Assembly: GCF_009914755.1 (NCBI RefSeq)
Contig: NC_060933.1
Direction: 5' to 3' (one strand)
DNA from: the human T2T-CHM13v2.0 reference genome, Homo sapiens
DNA: 64,000 nucleotides
Shown here piece after piece: positions 1-14,187 of this stretch. Every line of letters begins with the position of its first letter. Position 1 is the stretch's first letter. The position numbers were made by a program, and so were the translations under genes. Below the pieces are notes generated by a model, which saw only the letters and a list, made by a program, of their open reading frames with translations, had not been told where the DNA came from and searched no databases.

Positions 1-29
1 GTTTTTTTGCCACTTTAGTTACAAGCTTT

Positions 30-568
30 TGTGCTGGATATCCTCCATTTGACCCTCCAGATCCACTCTCCAGCCTTGTCCTCCCTGCTTTGGGTCCTAT
101 GAAGCTGACTTGTATGGACTGTATCAATGGGCTCCATTGCTCTCTGGCTTTTGATTGGGTTCAGCCAATGGGGACCCTGGCAGGAGATCAGAGGATGGGA
201 GAAGAGTATTGCTGGGGTATTTATTCCCCAGGCTCTCCGTCTCCAGGGTCACTGCTGGCTGGATAATTCTCTCAACTAAAGGTCACAGCTCTTGTTGAAT
301 GACCCTTTCCACATGGCTCCATCTGCCTGTGGGTTCCAGTAACTGCTCTCTCCAGTCCCCTTTTCATGTCTGGGTGCCTACGTGTCCCCTCACCCCCTGC
401 AACACACACACACATGTGCAAACACACACACACACACACACACACCTGTTCCTGCTAGCCTTTGGGTACTGCACTATTCCTTAGAGTTCCCTACACCTGG
501 CCCACATCTCTACAAAGAGTCTCTTTAATTAGTCCTCAAATTATACAGTTCAGTGTCCTAACTGATAT
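30..568 (+). mobile_element. ERVL solo LTR, LTR33-like
   Basis: TGTGCTGGATATCCTCCATTTGACCCTCCAGATCCACTCTCC start and GGGGTATTTATTCCCCC box typical of LTR33. Confidence 0.75.
402..445 (+). repeat. Interrupted (CA)n microsatellite
   Basis: Direct reading. Confidence 0.95.
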
Positions 569-1306
569 ATCATGCTATTTCAGATAATGCATGTCTTTTT
601 ACATCTAATTTCATTAGGATGGATACCTGAAAAGGGAATTATGGAGTCAAAGAATGTGAACACTTCAGGCTCTTGAGTCATACTGTCAATTTGCTTTTGA
701 AAAGGATCTGTTGGCATTGGTACCAGTGCATCCTTCCAGCACTGGATATTTTAAAATATAATTTTGCTAAGTCAATAGGTTAAAAAATGGTACTTTATGG
801 TAATTTAAGTTTTCATATCTTGGATTACCCTCAAGTTTGCTTATAAAACCTGGTTATTGCTGTGTACGTTGTTATTTTGGAGTTTGTTTAAATGTTTCTC
901 CCTTCCCCACTCATTCTCTAGTTGTATAATCTTTCCTTAATAATTCAATTTTTTAAAAGATCAACTTTTTAAAGCCTCAATGTCTTCATCTATTTACAGA
1001 TATCCTAACAATAACACCTCTCTCACAGAATTATTGTGAGAATTAAATGAAAATAAGCATGTAGCATATAAGAAACATCCAAGAAACATGAATGCTTTCC
1101 TCCTTAATAATTATGCATGGAGTTTAATTAACAAATTATGTCTATTTTTTAAAAAAATTGTGTCAGTTTTCTTTCAAGTTTATATTGAAACTTACTTCAT
1201 AAAATAATATTATAGATGAGCAGAACAATTCAGTATTATCCAGATTTGTTTTTATATATTATGTGACTTTAGAAAATTTGTAACCCTTTTAAGCCAAAAT
1301 CTTTAA

Positions 1307-1884
<578 letters not shown>

Positions 1885-2334
1885 TAATTCTTAGAGCCAA
1901 CCACCACCAAAGATTATTCCTGCTGGTAAAAAATGCTGATCGCTACTCTGGGATCTCATCATCTACATTGAGATCAGGCAGATTTTCCCACCACATCCTT
2001 GGCCTATAGAAAGCAGCTGCCTGAACATGTTCAAGGGTGCTGGGGCTTCTCCCATTAAAGCATTTTTCAATGCTTTAGAGAAGAAACTATTCCTTAGGCT
2101 CTTTCAGGACCAAGTGTGGTGAGGGAAGAGGCACAGTTACATATAATAAATCACTCCTTTATTTCTATCTCCTTAGAGATTCTAATGGCTTAGGCCATTA
2201 GAATCCTTCCTATACATTATTCCAGAGAAATTCTGGCAACTCAACACCATTAAATGTAACCTACCAGTGAGTCCAAATTTCAGCCAATCAACTAAGCAAA
2301 TAGTGCCATTCACAGCTGCTCTAGCTAATACATT

Positions 2335-2809
2335 TGTTTCAGCTAGCTTTTGTTGTATAACAAACTATCCAAAACTTAGTGACTTAAAACAACTGTTTAT
2401 GTTTTTATGATTTTATAGGATAACAATTTGGGCTGGGCTCAGTGGAGGCAACTCATTTGTGCTCTACGTGGTGTCAGTGGGATCATTCATGCATTTGCAG
2501 TCAGTTGGCAGTTTGGCTGCCAGATGGCTGGTCTCAGATGGCTTCATTCATATCTTCCTATTGGTGCTGGCTGTTGGTAAAACCACGTATCTTCAGTAGG
2601 TTAGTCCAGGCATCTTCAACATAGAGTCTAATCCAAAAACAGCAAAAAAGAAAGAAAACCCCAATGTGCAAGTGCTTTCCAAGTCTCTGTTTGTATCACA
2701 TTTGCTAATAATGTTCCATTATCCAAAGCAAGCACATAACCATGCCAAAAATCAATGTGTAAAGGAATTACATGAAGGCGTGATACCACTACTGTAATCA
2801 TCTACAACA
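2335..2809 (-). mobile_element. MLT1-family MaLR LTR
   Basis: TAACAAACTATCCAAAACTTAGTGACTTAAAACAAC and TGGGCTGGGCTCAG motifs. Confidence 0.75.
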
Positions 2810-4170
2810 TTAAGTCCAAAACTATCTGGAAAGTGTAGTATATCAGGACTACCTTAATTTGGCCCCAGTTCAATGTTATCTTCTGTGCTCCTGGGTCTAA
2901 TACCTTTAGAATTCATCCCCATACATACTAGCCTGGTTTCCTCTAATGTTAAGTTAACAAAATCTTATGATTCTTTTGAAGTATAAGACTTTTCCTGCTG
3001 AGCTAGACTCTGCTCTTCCCACCTCCGTATATTCCGGGAACTGACTCTAAATAAAGGCCATGAGAGTTGGGAGCACTGGGGCTGAGAAAGAATAGGGATC
3101 TCCCTTGCAAGGCAAGTGCCTCATATGGGCTTATTACAGGCTTTCAAACAAGGAAAGGCTAATATCATTAGACAAGAAATGAGAGGCTTCTTCCACTATC
3201 AAGGGAAACTCAGGGATGCTTGGGGGTTTCAACATTCTCAGTTTCATCCAAATCCACCAAAATGTCCCCATTCCTAGTCTCAGAGTCCTACTCCTTTCAA
3301 ATTACTGAGAAAACTTTCACATATGAGACTTAGCCAGTCTGTGAATGATTGATTTGGGTTGAATTTTTCAGTCATGTCTTTCATGTCTAGTGATTCCTGT
3401 AATTAGAAGGAATAAGAGGTACTTTCAGGGCAGTCTTAGAAGCCCTCTGGTGCTCTGAATATGATTTGAGGTGAAAGCCCTAAACTTGTTAGTTTCTTCC
3501 TGTAAGCACCCTGGTGCAATCAGAAGCAGCCATCCCACATTACATTCCTTATAATCATCTTTACTACCATAATGGTTAAATGCAACAGCTACTTGGCCTC
3601 CAGAAACTTGCCTTTCATTGGTATTCAACCCTAGCAAGAACAGATGATAATTTAATCAACCATGATGTCAATGCATGCCATAGATTACTAGTGGCAAAGA
3701 GTTCAGCTCTCAATTCAAACCAATCCAACACTAACAACAAATCAAATCAATCCCAGAATGTCAGAATTTGAGAATCTGTTTCCTATGACCACACCTAGTA
3801 TCAAGTGCTAGTATCAGCCAGAGTCCAGTCATAAAAATAGAGTGTATTTAATATTAGGAACTTGTAATAAAGATATAAGAAGACTGAAAGAGCAAAAAAG
3901 TGGATGCCAAATATTAGAACTACAGACAGCAGCTACCTTTCTACTACCTATTGCTACAGGCATGACACATTCAGGAACTAGAAACAGGAAATAATTCCCC
4001 CTCCCACCTTCCAGTCCCCAAGGCCTTCCCATTTACTGAACTTAACAGGAAGCTAGCTGGCAAGGGAGGCTGGCAAATGAAGTTTGTCAAAATTCCAGCC
4101 CTGGCACATCAGAGCAGAGGAGAGGAGGATGGACTTAGAGTTGAGAACAGGAGGTAAATAACCAACTCAC
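2810..4170 (-). mobile_element. Ancient ERVL remnant: LTR (~3808-4170), PBS-like segment, degraded gag
   Basis: Minus-strand translation near 2850-2945 gives KPG*YVWG*ILKVLDPGAQKITLNWGQI, resembling ERVL gag; LTR-like block adjacent. Confidence 0.6.
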
Positions 4171-4391
4171 TCCTCAATCAAAATCTATCTGGATGAAGTG
4201 GAGACATATCCATTAAGAGATAAAAAATAAAGAGACTATAAATTCCAATTAGATTGTAGCACAAGGAATTGTCTTAAACTCTGTGGCATCTGACCCTGTA
4301 ACAAGGGCCCAATGTATATTTGTTGATTAGTTTTATGAGAAAAATAAAAATTGGGCATCTGCTTTGACCATGAGCATAGGACAAAATAAAC

Positions 4392-4442
<51 letters not shown>

Positions 4443-4729
4443 TTTTTGAGACGGAGTCTCACTCTGTCGCCCAGGCTGGAGTGCAGTGGCAAGATCTCGG
4501 CTCACTACTAGCTCCGCCTCCCAGGTTCATGCCATTCTCCCGCCTCAGCCTCCCAAGTAGCTAGGACTACAGGTGTGCGCCGCCATGCCCGGCTAATTTT
4601 TTGTATTTTTAGTAGAGACGGGGTTTCACCGTGTTAGCCAGGATGGTCTCAATCTCCTGACCTCGTGATCTGCCCACCTCAGCCTCCCAAAGTGCTGGGA
4701 TTACAGGCGTGAGCCACCGCACCCGGGCC
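4392..4729 (-). mobile_element. AluY with (ATTT)n tail
   Basis: Y-diagnostic GCCATTCTCC and CACCGTGTTAGCCAGGATGGTCTC. Confidence 0.95.
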
Positions 4730-4754
4730 TTTAAGTACATTTTGTAGAAGTTGT

Positions 4755-5190
4755 ATCAAAATTCATTGGCTGCAAATGAGAGAAAACCTGATGCAAACTG
4801 GCTTAAATTTTTAAAAGATAATGTGTTGGCTTATGTAACTGAGCAGCCAAATGTGCAACTGGGTATAGGGGGTCTAACAAATGTCTTCAGGATTCAAATT
4901 GTCTCTATCATTTCTTCACTCTGTTTCCTTTTTGTTGATGCCATTCTCAGACAAGATATCTCCTCATAATTACAAGATGGATGCCAATGATTATTAAACC
5001 TTTCAGATTCAAATATTTTACAAGAAAAAAAAGCCAGAGTATTTTTCTCAGCATTCTCAGCAAAATCCTGAGATTTACAGTGGAAAACTTATGTGCTGTG
5101 CCCTCTCCAGAACCAGTCACTGAAAGAAAGAGTATGTAAGTGATATCTTACATCTGGAGCTCCACCCAGACCACATGAACTGAAAGTGGA
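4755..5190 (-). mobile_element. Old MLT1 (J/K/L-like) LTR
   Basis: GGCTGCAAATGAGAGAAAACC...AAACTGGCTTAAA motif. Confidence 0.55.
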
Positions 5191-5641
5191 GAGTGAATCA
5201 AAGTGACATCTTTTGTGCTAAGATGTTGCAATTGCCCAAATGCATCTGTGGACTTCTACTAGAAGGTATAGCAGAAGGTGTTAGGTGTCTATTATAAGAA
5301 AAATATCACTATCATATAACACCCCTGGGGGACATATTTCTAAATTTCAGACAAAATATATTTTCAGTGCGTTGTCTTTCCTGATAATGTATTTACAGCC
5401 TGTCATGGGATATGTCTGTTTTAAAGTGCTGGGCAGGGTTTGGACTACATGTTCCTCCTTGTGCTGGGTTTGAAACATTAGATTGCCAATGTCTCATTGC
5501 TGGTATCCAAAATGAGGTTTAATTAAGTTTGCCATTATAGCTAATCTCCATACCATGCACCAGACATTGCTCTAATAGCTTCACATGTATGATCTCATTT
5601 AAACTTCATAACTTAGTGTATTGTCTTGTCTATTTTACACG

Positions 5642-6025
5642 TGTATTAGTCCGTTCTTGCATTGCTATAAAGAACTACCTAAGACTGGGTAATTTATAAA
5701 GAAAAGAGATTTTATTGACTCACAGTTCCACAGGCTATACAGGAAGCAAGGCTGGGGAAGCCTCAGGAAACTTACAATCATGGCAGAAGGTGCAGGAGAA
5801 GCAGGCAGGTCTTACATGGCCTGAGAAAGGAAGAGGGAGAGCAGGGGGAGGTGCTACACACTTTTAAACAACCAGATCTCATAAGAACTCACTCATTATC
5901 ATGAGAACAGAAAAGGGAAATTCCACTCCCATGATCCAATCACCTCCCACCAGGCCCCTCCTCCAACACTGGGCATCACAATTCGACATGAGATTTGGGC
6001 GGGGACACAAATCCAAACCGTATCA
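5642..6025 (-). mobile_element. MSTA MaLR solo LTR inserted into a MIR
   Basis: TGTATTAGTCCGTTCTTGC...CCAAACCGTATCA termini; 5-bp TSD ACACG/ACATG; MIR halves at ~5540-5641 and ~6031-6150. Confidence 0.9.
5915..5924 (+). promoter_or_regulatory. NF-kB consensus site GGGAAATTCC
   Basis: Exact GGGRNWYYCC match within the MSTA LTR. Confidence 0.6.
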
Positions 6026-6779
6026 ACATGTAAGCAAACTAAGGCCCAGTGAAGTTAGATAAATTGCTCACATCACACAGCTAGTAAGTGGCAAAGCTAG
6101 ATCTTAAGATTTTGCAAGCCAGACATGACATCAGGCCAAATATCCTACACCTGTACCAGTCAAGCCTTCATTATATAGTATTTTATAATTACATATGTGT
6201 TCAGTTTTCTCCAACAGCCTTTGAGGTATTAGGAGGAGGACCTGGTATTTTATTCATTTTTATAGTCCCAGAACCCAGTACAAGGATTCGCACATAGAAG
6301 ATACTTAACAATTATCATGGAATTGAATTGAAAGCAGTGTGCATGGAGTCGAGGCAAGAGAGGCCAATATGGAAAAATATTTAGTGAATCTCCAGCATGT
6401 CCAATGGAGAAGGGTCTCTGTCCATCCAGCCCACATGTTCCTACCACCTGTCAGATCTATTCCTCCTATGTGAGTGCATCAGTCATGTAGCTTGTTGACA
6501 CTAGTCATTAAAATCATTCTAGCCACCACCACCATCCTTCACCCCATCTATGGTCTATGCTTACTGAGAAACCTGAGTATAATTTGACTTCTTATATAGG
6601 GTTTTCTATAGGAATAGACTTTTTAAAGCAACTTCTGATATGCATGTCAATGGCATTTCTTATAATAGAAAAGTCCCTTAGGAGTTTGGTTAGTATGATC
6701 CAGTTTTTTAGTCTAATTCTGAGTTTACTCACAGAATCAATTTTCTAGACCTTTGAGATAAGACCTGGTGGTGTCAACA

Positions 6780-7352
6780 AGAACACCATTTGACCCAGCA
6801 GAAATACCATTTGACTCAGCAACCCCATTACTGGGTATATACCCAAAGGAATACAAATCCTTCTATTATAAAGATACATGCACACGTATGTTCACTGCAG
6901 TACTATTCACAATAGTAAAGACATAAAATCAACCTAAATGCCCATCAGTGATAGACTGGATAAAGAAAATGTAGTGTATATATACCATGGAATACTATGC
7001 AGCCATAAAAAGGAACAAGATCATGTCCTTTGCAGAGACATGGATGGAGTTGAAAGCCATTCTCCTCAGCAAACTAACACAGGAACAGAAAACCAAACAC
7101 TGCATGTTCTCACTTACAAGTGGGAACTGAATGATGGAACACATGAGCACATGGGGGGAACAAAACACACTGGGGCCTGTCAGAAGCGGGGGTAGGAGGA
7201 GGGAGACCATCAGGAAAAATAGCCAATGGACGCTGGGCATTAGGTAATGGGATGATCTGTGCAGCAAACCACTATGGCACACGTTTACCTATGTAACAAA
7301 CCTGCACATCCTGCACATGTACCCCTGAACTTAAAATAAAAGTTAAAAAAAA
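6780..7352 (+). mobile_element. L1PA 3' fragment
   Basis: ORF2 C-terminus/3'UTR motifs, CCTGCACATGTACCCCTGAACTTAAAATAAAA and A tail. Confidence 0.92.
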
Positions 7353-8866
7353 TTTAGAATGGGAAAAAAGGACAGAAGGAAGTATGCTAAAATATGAATA
7401 AGATTTTGTTAAAGTGTTGGGGTTGTATGTAATTTCCTTCTTTTCTCTGTTTTACAAGATGTTTTGTAACGTAGTATAGTAACTTTCATAAAATGTTATT
7501 TTAAGTAGTTTTCCTCTGTGACATGGAAATGAGATCTCTGTAGAGCTTACTGAAGAAACATCATGGTGTTCAGAAACAGCAATGGTACTCCTGGCAATAT
7601 GTGTTATTAGGAATATGAATATCTGTCAATTGTTTACAAAATTTTGGGGGATCCCTCTAAGGAGTTTTTTTCTTAAAGTTGAGAAAAAAAACCCTAAAAG
7701 CTCATTTTCTTTCCTTTCTTCCTCTCCTTTGTTTTCTCAACTATAAAATTAGAATGGCAATAACAGTGGCTATCTTTGTCAATGTCATGAGATTATGGGT
7801 AATTTTTTTCTTTATATTCTTCTTGTATTTGAAAAGCTTAAAAAATAAACATTTTAAATTCAAAAAAAATCTTTAAGCAATTCTTTAAAAATATTTTGAA
7901 ATTTTAGAATTTCAGCATCTGCTTATTATAAATCAAAAGGTCACATAAATGGCAGATATAATGTTTCTGGGGCAGAATTTTTAGATGCACAACTTGTGTT
8001 TTTTCCCTATGTCAAGTACAAACTTTCACCTGTGTTTTTATGAGAATCTAAAGAGAAACTACAAGAAAAGTGTACTAAGTTAAAGTTTGAAAAGGCACTG
8101 GGTTTGCCAGCATCCTGCCTGCCTAATCAAACATCATGCAGCTCCAGCACAGAATGCATGACTGAGCTGCGTCAGAACATGTGAGGTTCATGTGATTGGA
8201 GGAGCTGCCAGCATCTTTCCACTAGTGCTCTGGGGAGTTGTCTTCAAGAACTAACGTCCTGAAGGCAGAAAACTCAAGGGTGGGGAATGAAAGGGGTCTT
8301 TCCAAAATATAAAAACTTTTCTGAGTGTTCTCAAAATGAAGACAAAGAAAGAACAGCTTCTGTGTGTGAGTATGTTATAGTGGAATGTGACATTTGAAAG
8401 CTGTTAGGGAAAATGCCAGTCTGGCAGGCTACAGCTGTATCCCCTGAGAAGCACAATGGAAAGTTTAAGTCCAGGTTGACCAGAGCCTCTACTTTCTTAC
8501 ACTCATCAATGAGACAGGGTGATTCACTGGACTACCCTGACACAGTCCCCTCCCTTTCAAGGCTGTGTGGCATAAAGGCAGCTCATCTAGTCCCCAGGGT
8601 GTTTCAGACTCTGTCTTAGGACTCTGAAACCCCCAGTCAGCACTGTGTACTTGTGAGAAATACAAAGTATGTATTAGATATGCTCTACCTTGAGTTTGAG
8701 GAATGTATAGTGAGCTGGAGAAATACACCACAAAAACCAAAGCTACATGCAATCAAGTGACTGATAAGTGGGACCAGACCATAAGACCCAAAGGAATTCA
8801 GGGTGGGTGGGAGCTCCCCATGGACAGGAGTAGCCCAAGAGAGCAGGGAGGGAAAGAAAAATGCAA

Positions 8867-9120
<254 letters not shown>

Positions 9121-9294
9121 TTAAGTTTACAAAGCATTTTCAAATGTCTTGTTATACTAGTTGAGCCTCACTACCACCTGGTAAAGGGAGTAGAACAAAT
9201 ATTCACATTTTATGGATGAGGAAACTTGGGCTTATAGAAGTTAAGTAACTTGCCTAATTTATCCCATTTCTTTTTCAGTAAAGTTACCAGTTTG

Positions 9295-9593
<299 letters not shown>

Positions 9594-9894
9594 GTTACCA
9601 GTTTGGTAGCTTAGGGAGTTACAAGTTTGGTAGCTCATGGAGTTGCCATAGACATAGAATATATTGATTTTTAATCACAGCACACAACAAGATGTACATT
9701 TATATCCTTGTGAGTAAGTGAATATGGTTGAGAGAAGAGGTTAGGTTGACAAAGCAACTACTAAAAAATTGTCTTTTTCCCTCTGTCTTATGGGTAACTT
9801 GGATGAAAACATAGAAGATGAGCTTATAATATATGATGATTAATAAAGTAGGGAGAGAGAGTCAGTTGGATAGAAGAGTTTCTATTTCAAAATC

Positions 9895-10222
<328 letters not shown>

Positions 10223-10279
10223 TCACGAGGTCAAAACCAAAGAGGTAGAATGAAAGGTCCTGCTTTTGATCCACACACC

Positions 10280-11220
10280 TAAGATGGAAGAGCAGTTTAT
10301 TAGCAGTTAATATGAAAAAGTTCTGGGGATTTAATAGAAAAGAATTTAAACAGTATCATACTCATAAACTACAAATGTGCCCTAAGTACAAATGCAGGTT
10401 GAATTGAAATCCAATTGCTTAAAAACTAAGGAGGTTGGGCATGGTGGTTCATGCCTATAATCCCAGCCCATTAAGAGGCCAAGGCAGGTGGATCACTTGA
10501 GCCCAGGAGTTTGAGACCAGCCTGGGCAACATGGCGAAACTGCGTCTCTATAAAAAATACAAAAATTAGCTGGGCGTGATGGCGCACACTTGTAGTCCCG
10601 ATACTAGGGAGGCTTAGGTAGGAGGATCACCTGAGCCCAAGGAGATCAAAGCTGCAATGGGCCATGACCTCACCACTGCACTCCAGCCTAGGCAACAAAG
10701 TGAGACCCTGTCTCAAAACAAAACAAAAACACTAAGGAGAACTTCAGCAGTGTTGACAGGACACTGTTCAGAACTGGGAACAAATAGTCCTATGGAACCT
10801 ACTATGTCTAGGCCAGCCTACCTCTAGAATATTTTGTTCTATTCTGGGCCCGACTTGTTAATTGGGACATGAATAAATGAGAGTAGATCTAGAGGGAAGC
10901 ACCCAAGATGGCAATCGGGCTTGAAGCCACCCCTAGACTAGGAATATTGGAAGAAGCTGGGCGCATTTCTCCTGGAGAAGAATTATCAAGGGAAGACATG
11001 AGAGCCAAGATCAATGGGTGCAAGTTACATTGAAGAAGAATTTGGCCCAGAAATGGAAAGAATTCACTAACAACTAGAGCTGTTCATCAAAGGTTAACCT
11101 CCTGGTTCCTGGATATATCTACATAGCCTGGAGCTACCATTTTTCAGGATACTCTGGAAAGTATTCTTCCCTTAGGTGATGAATTACAAATCTTCTTACT
11201 CTAAGATCCCATAATTCTTC
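10280..11220 (+). mobile_element. L3/CR1 LINE remnant interrupted by AluJ
   Basis: CR1 3'-type motifs: TTCTATTCTGGGCCC, CCTGGAGAAG, ACTAGAGCTGTTCATCAA. Confidence 0.6.
10433..10730 (+). mobile_element. AluJ
   Basis: Alu dimer; TSD ACTAAGGAG. Confidence 0.93.
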
Positions 11221-13021
11221 AAACTAGACACTTAACTCCTATGAGCCTCAGTTTCCTGAGAAGACTAAAATGAAATGGCTTGTAAATCCCCTTCCAGCTC
11301 TAACTTTCTATGAAGTACTTGGTCCTAAAGGGTACCCTCGTTTATGTTTCACAGAGATACCAGAAACAGGAGTCTTTTATCTTCAACTTGACTCTCAAGA
11401 TGTTATCCTCAAGTGAACTTTTTTCTACCAGCTGAAATATGTCCTTAAAATCTTTGAGTCAATGAATCATGAAATGAGCCAGGTTTTCAAATCTCATTTG
11501 TAGGGTTCCTTAAGAACTATGTCCACTTGCCACATTCTTTTCTGAATATTATTCTTTTTTTCTTCAACCCTGTTTTTTAACCCAAACATCCTGTTTTCAA
11601 ACATCCTGTTTTCAACCCTCTTTGTATCTAAGGATGGAACAAGGCTGATGACACAGACAAGAAACTTGTAAAACATAGCAAGTATCTGCCTTTTATTTGG
11701 TGAATAATGTCAGGACTAGAGAAGGGCTGATGTGAAATTCTGGGCTGGGCTTTAAGGCTTTAAGGCATAGTTTTGCCTCAAAGAATTGCCTCCACACAGG
11801 ACAAGTCACTGTAAGCAAAGTATGTGGCTGCATCTGGACATGACAGGAGGTGAGCTGGGAAGTCCCTGCCCTTTCCCTGCACATGCACTTACCCCATTTC
11901 TCCATCTTTCTACCTCAACACTTCACCTTCAGAGATAATTTCTTTCAGGCCTCAAAGCATTTTTAGACTTTAAGTTCTTTTGTTGCTGTTTATTAGCTCA
12001 ACCAGGGCCATGTACCAGAACCTGGGGGAAAGGGCCATTTCTATGGAAATGGAGATAGGGTCCAGGCCTATCCTGAGAAAGTGCAATCATGAGGAGACCA
12101 TCCTGTTCTTTCTCATGTATTTTATCATTCATTTGGTACTAAGCACTGTACTAGGCACCAAGATAGATAGTAAAACATCAGCCTTGTCTTCAAAGGGTTT
12201 GCAGATCACAGAAGCCCTCTCTCTCTCTCATCTTTTACATAGATGATATCCTATATAACAAGAAGAGATGTCACAGGATGACTAAAACAGGCAAAGCAGC
12301 TGGAATATGTGTGTGGCTGGGGCAGCCCATGACAGGGCCTTAACCCTAGTAATGACGCTGACAGCTTTAGTCACTGAGGGGAGTGGCCAGAACCTGCTGG
12401 TTTGGTCAATGGGGGACAACAATCAAGTAAGGGAAAAGTGATCTTATAAGGACTGGAGGGAAGTCAACAGAAAATCTCAGCCAAGTGCCATACATTTTTT
12501 TCTATAGAGTTCTATATTTTCTGGAACTCATATACAGAATTAAGTAAGAGTCACCCTGGGCTATATTGGTAAGGGCAAAGAGCTGGAATTTCTTACAACT
12601 TTATTTTGAAGCCTCAAGCAGCGGAAGGCAGATGGAAGAAGTAACATGTGGTGGTGGTTCTCAGAATTTTTACCACCCCCAAAACATGGAAGATAATTCC
12701 TCACTCTCCGGTCAGTAACAACCACTGACTTCTGCAAAGATTCACAGCCATTTGGGGTACATATCAGAATATCATGGAGAAGCAGGAAGTGGGGAGCAAT
12801 TTCATAAAGCTTCCTACTTGAGTCTAATATAACCCTTTCCTACCTGCCCTGAGATCTATAGGTAGCTTGCCTGAGTTGAATCCAGCTCTGCCATTAACCA
12901 GCTGCATGACTACAGACAAGTCGTTCTCTTTGAACCTTAGTTTCCTCATACATAAAATAACGAACCTTACCTGGCAGTGTTATTGAGAGGAACTACAGAA
13001 CCTATCACAGTTAGTATATAG

Positions 13022-13334
<313 letters not shown>

Positions 13335-14156
13335 CATAAAGCTAGATCTTAATGAGCAATTAGCTACTAGTACAATAATTTGTTTTAAAAGCTATATTAT
13401 AGGATAACAGAGTCTACTCAGTCAGCCTTTATGCAAAAGTGAAAATCTTGGGATTCTCAGAAATATGCTCTCAACAGTAAATGCCCTATGTAACAAGGTG
13501 CACCAGCTTAGGCTGGGGCCATTGGGCCCATAAAATCTTCATTGTTAAAGTTAAGAAGTTGGGTACAAGGACAGAGAAAAGCTACTATTCCCAAGTTGCC
13601 AAATTAAAAAAATTACCTATCTGGAAGGTAAATTTTTTTTACCCCTTAACAGATCTTTAAGTGTATAATAGAAGGGAGATTCAAAATTTACATTTGAAAC
13701 TGATTGTTTGAGGGGAAAAAATCTAAATAAAAATTTTAACAATCATATAAATATAAAGCCAAGATCTTAATCTGGAATGGGAAGGTTAAGACCATTCATT
13801 AATTCAACAAATATTTACTGAGCAGCCCTGAGACTGTTTTCCTTGGGGTCTGGGAAGGGGAGCCATGGTCAATGGACTCTTGTTATCTGTAGGAATATTG
13901 ATCCCTACCACAAGGTAGAGGGACAGGGAATAAAGGGGAGATAGTCCTCCTATGAGATAAAGGTAGGGGATGTTCTACAGGGCCCAGTTTTATATTTTTC
14001 TTTTCTGCCTTGTTATTTCTTCTCATGATTTTCTTTCAGTAAAATCTCTTTCCCACATCTCTTTCAGTAAAATTTTGTTAAATGATAGTCTTGTTCTCTG
14101 TTTTGGGGAATTACAAGATGGACTCTTAATGGGGCTCTATTAGTAGATGGTAAGAA

Positions 14157-14187
14157 TTCCTGGGAATTTCCAGAAATTCTTTGGGAA
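14157..14187. promoter_or_regulatory. Overlapping STAT6-type (TTCCTGGGAA) and NF-kB (GGGAATTTCC) composite
   Basis: TTCCTGGGAA 14157-14166; GGGAATTTCC 14162-14171; in apparently unique sequence. Confidence 0.55.

Noticed and set aside
11569-11620. (AAACATCCTGTTTTC)x2 micro-duplication
   Set aside because: Ordinary slippage event with no functional signal
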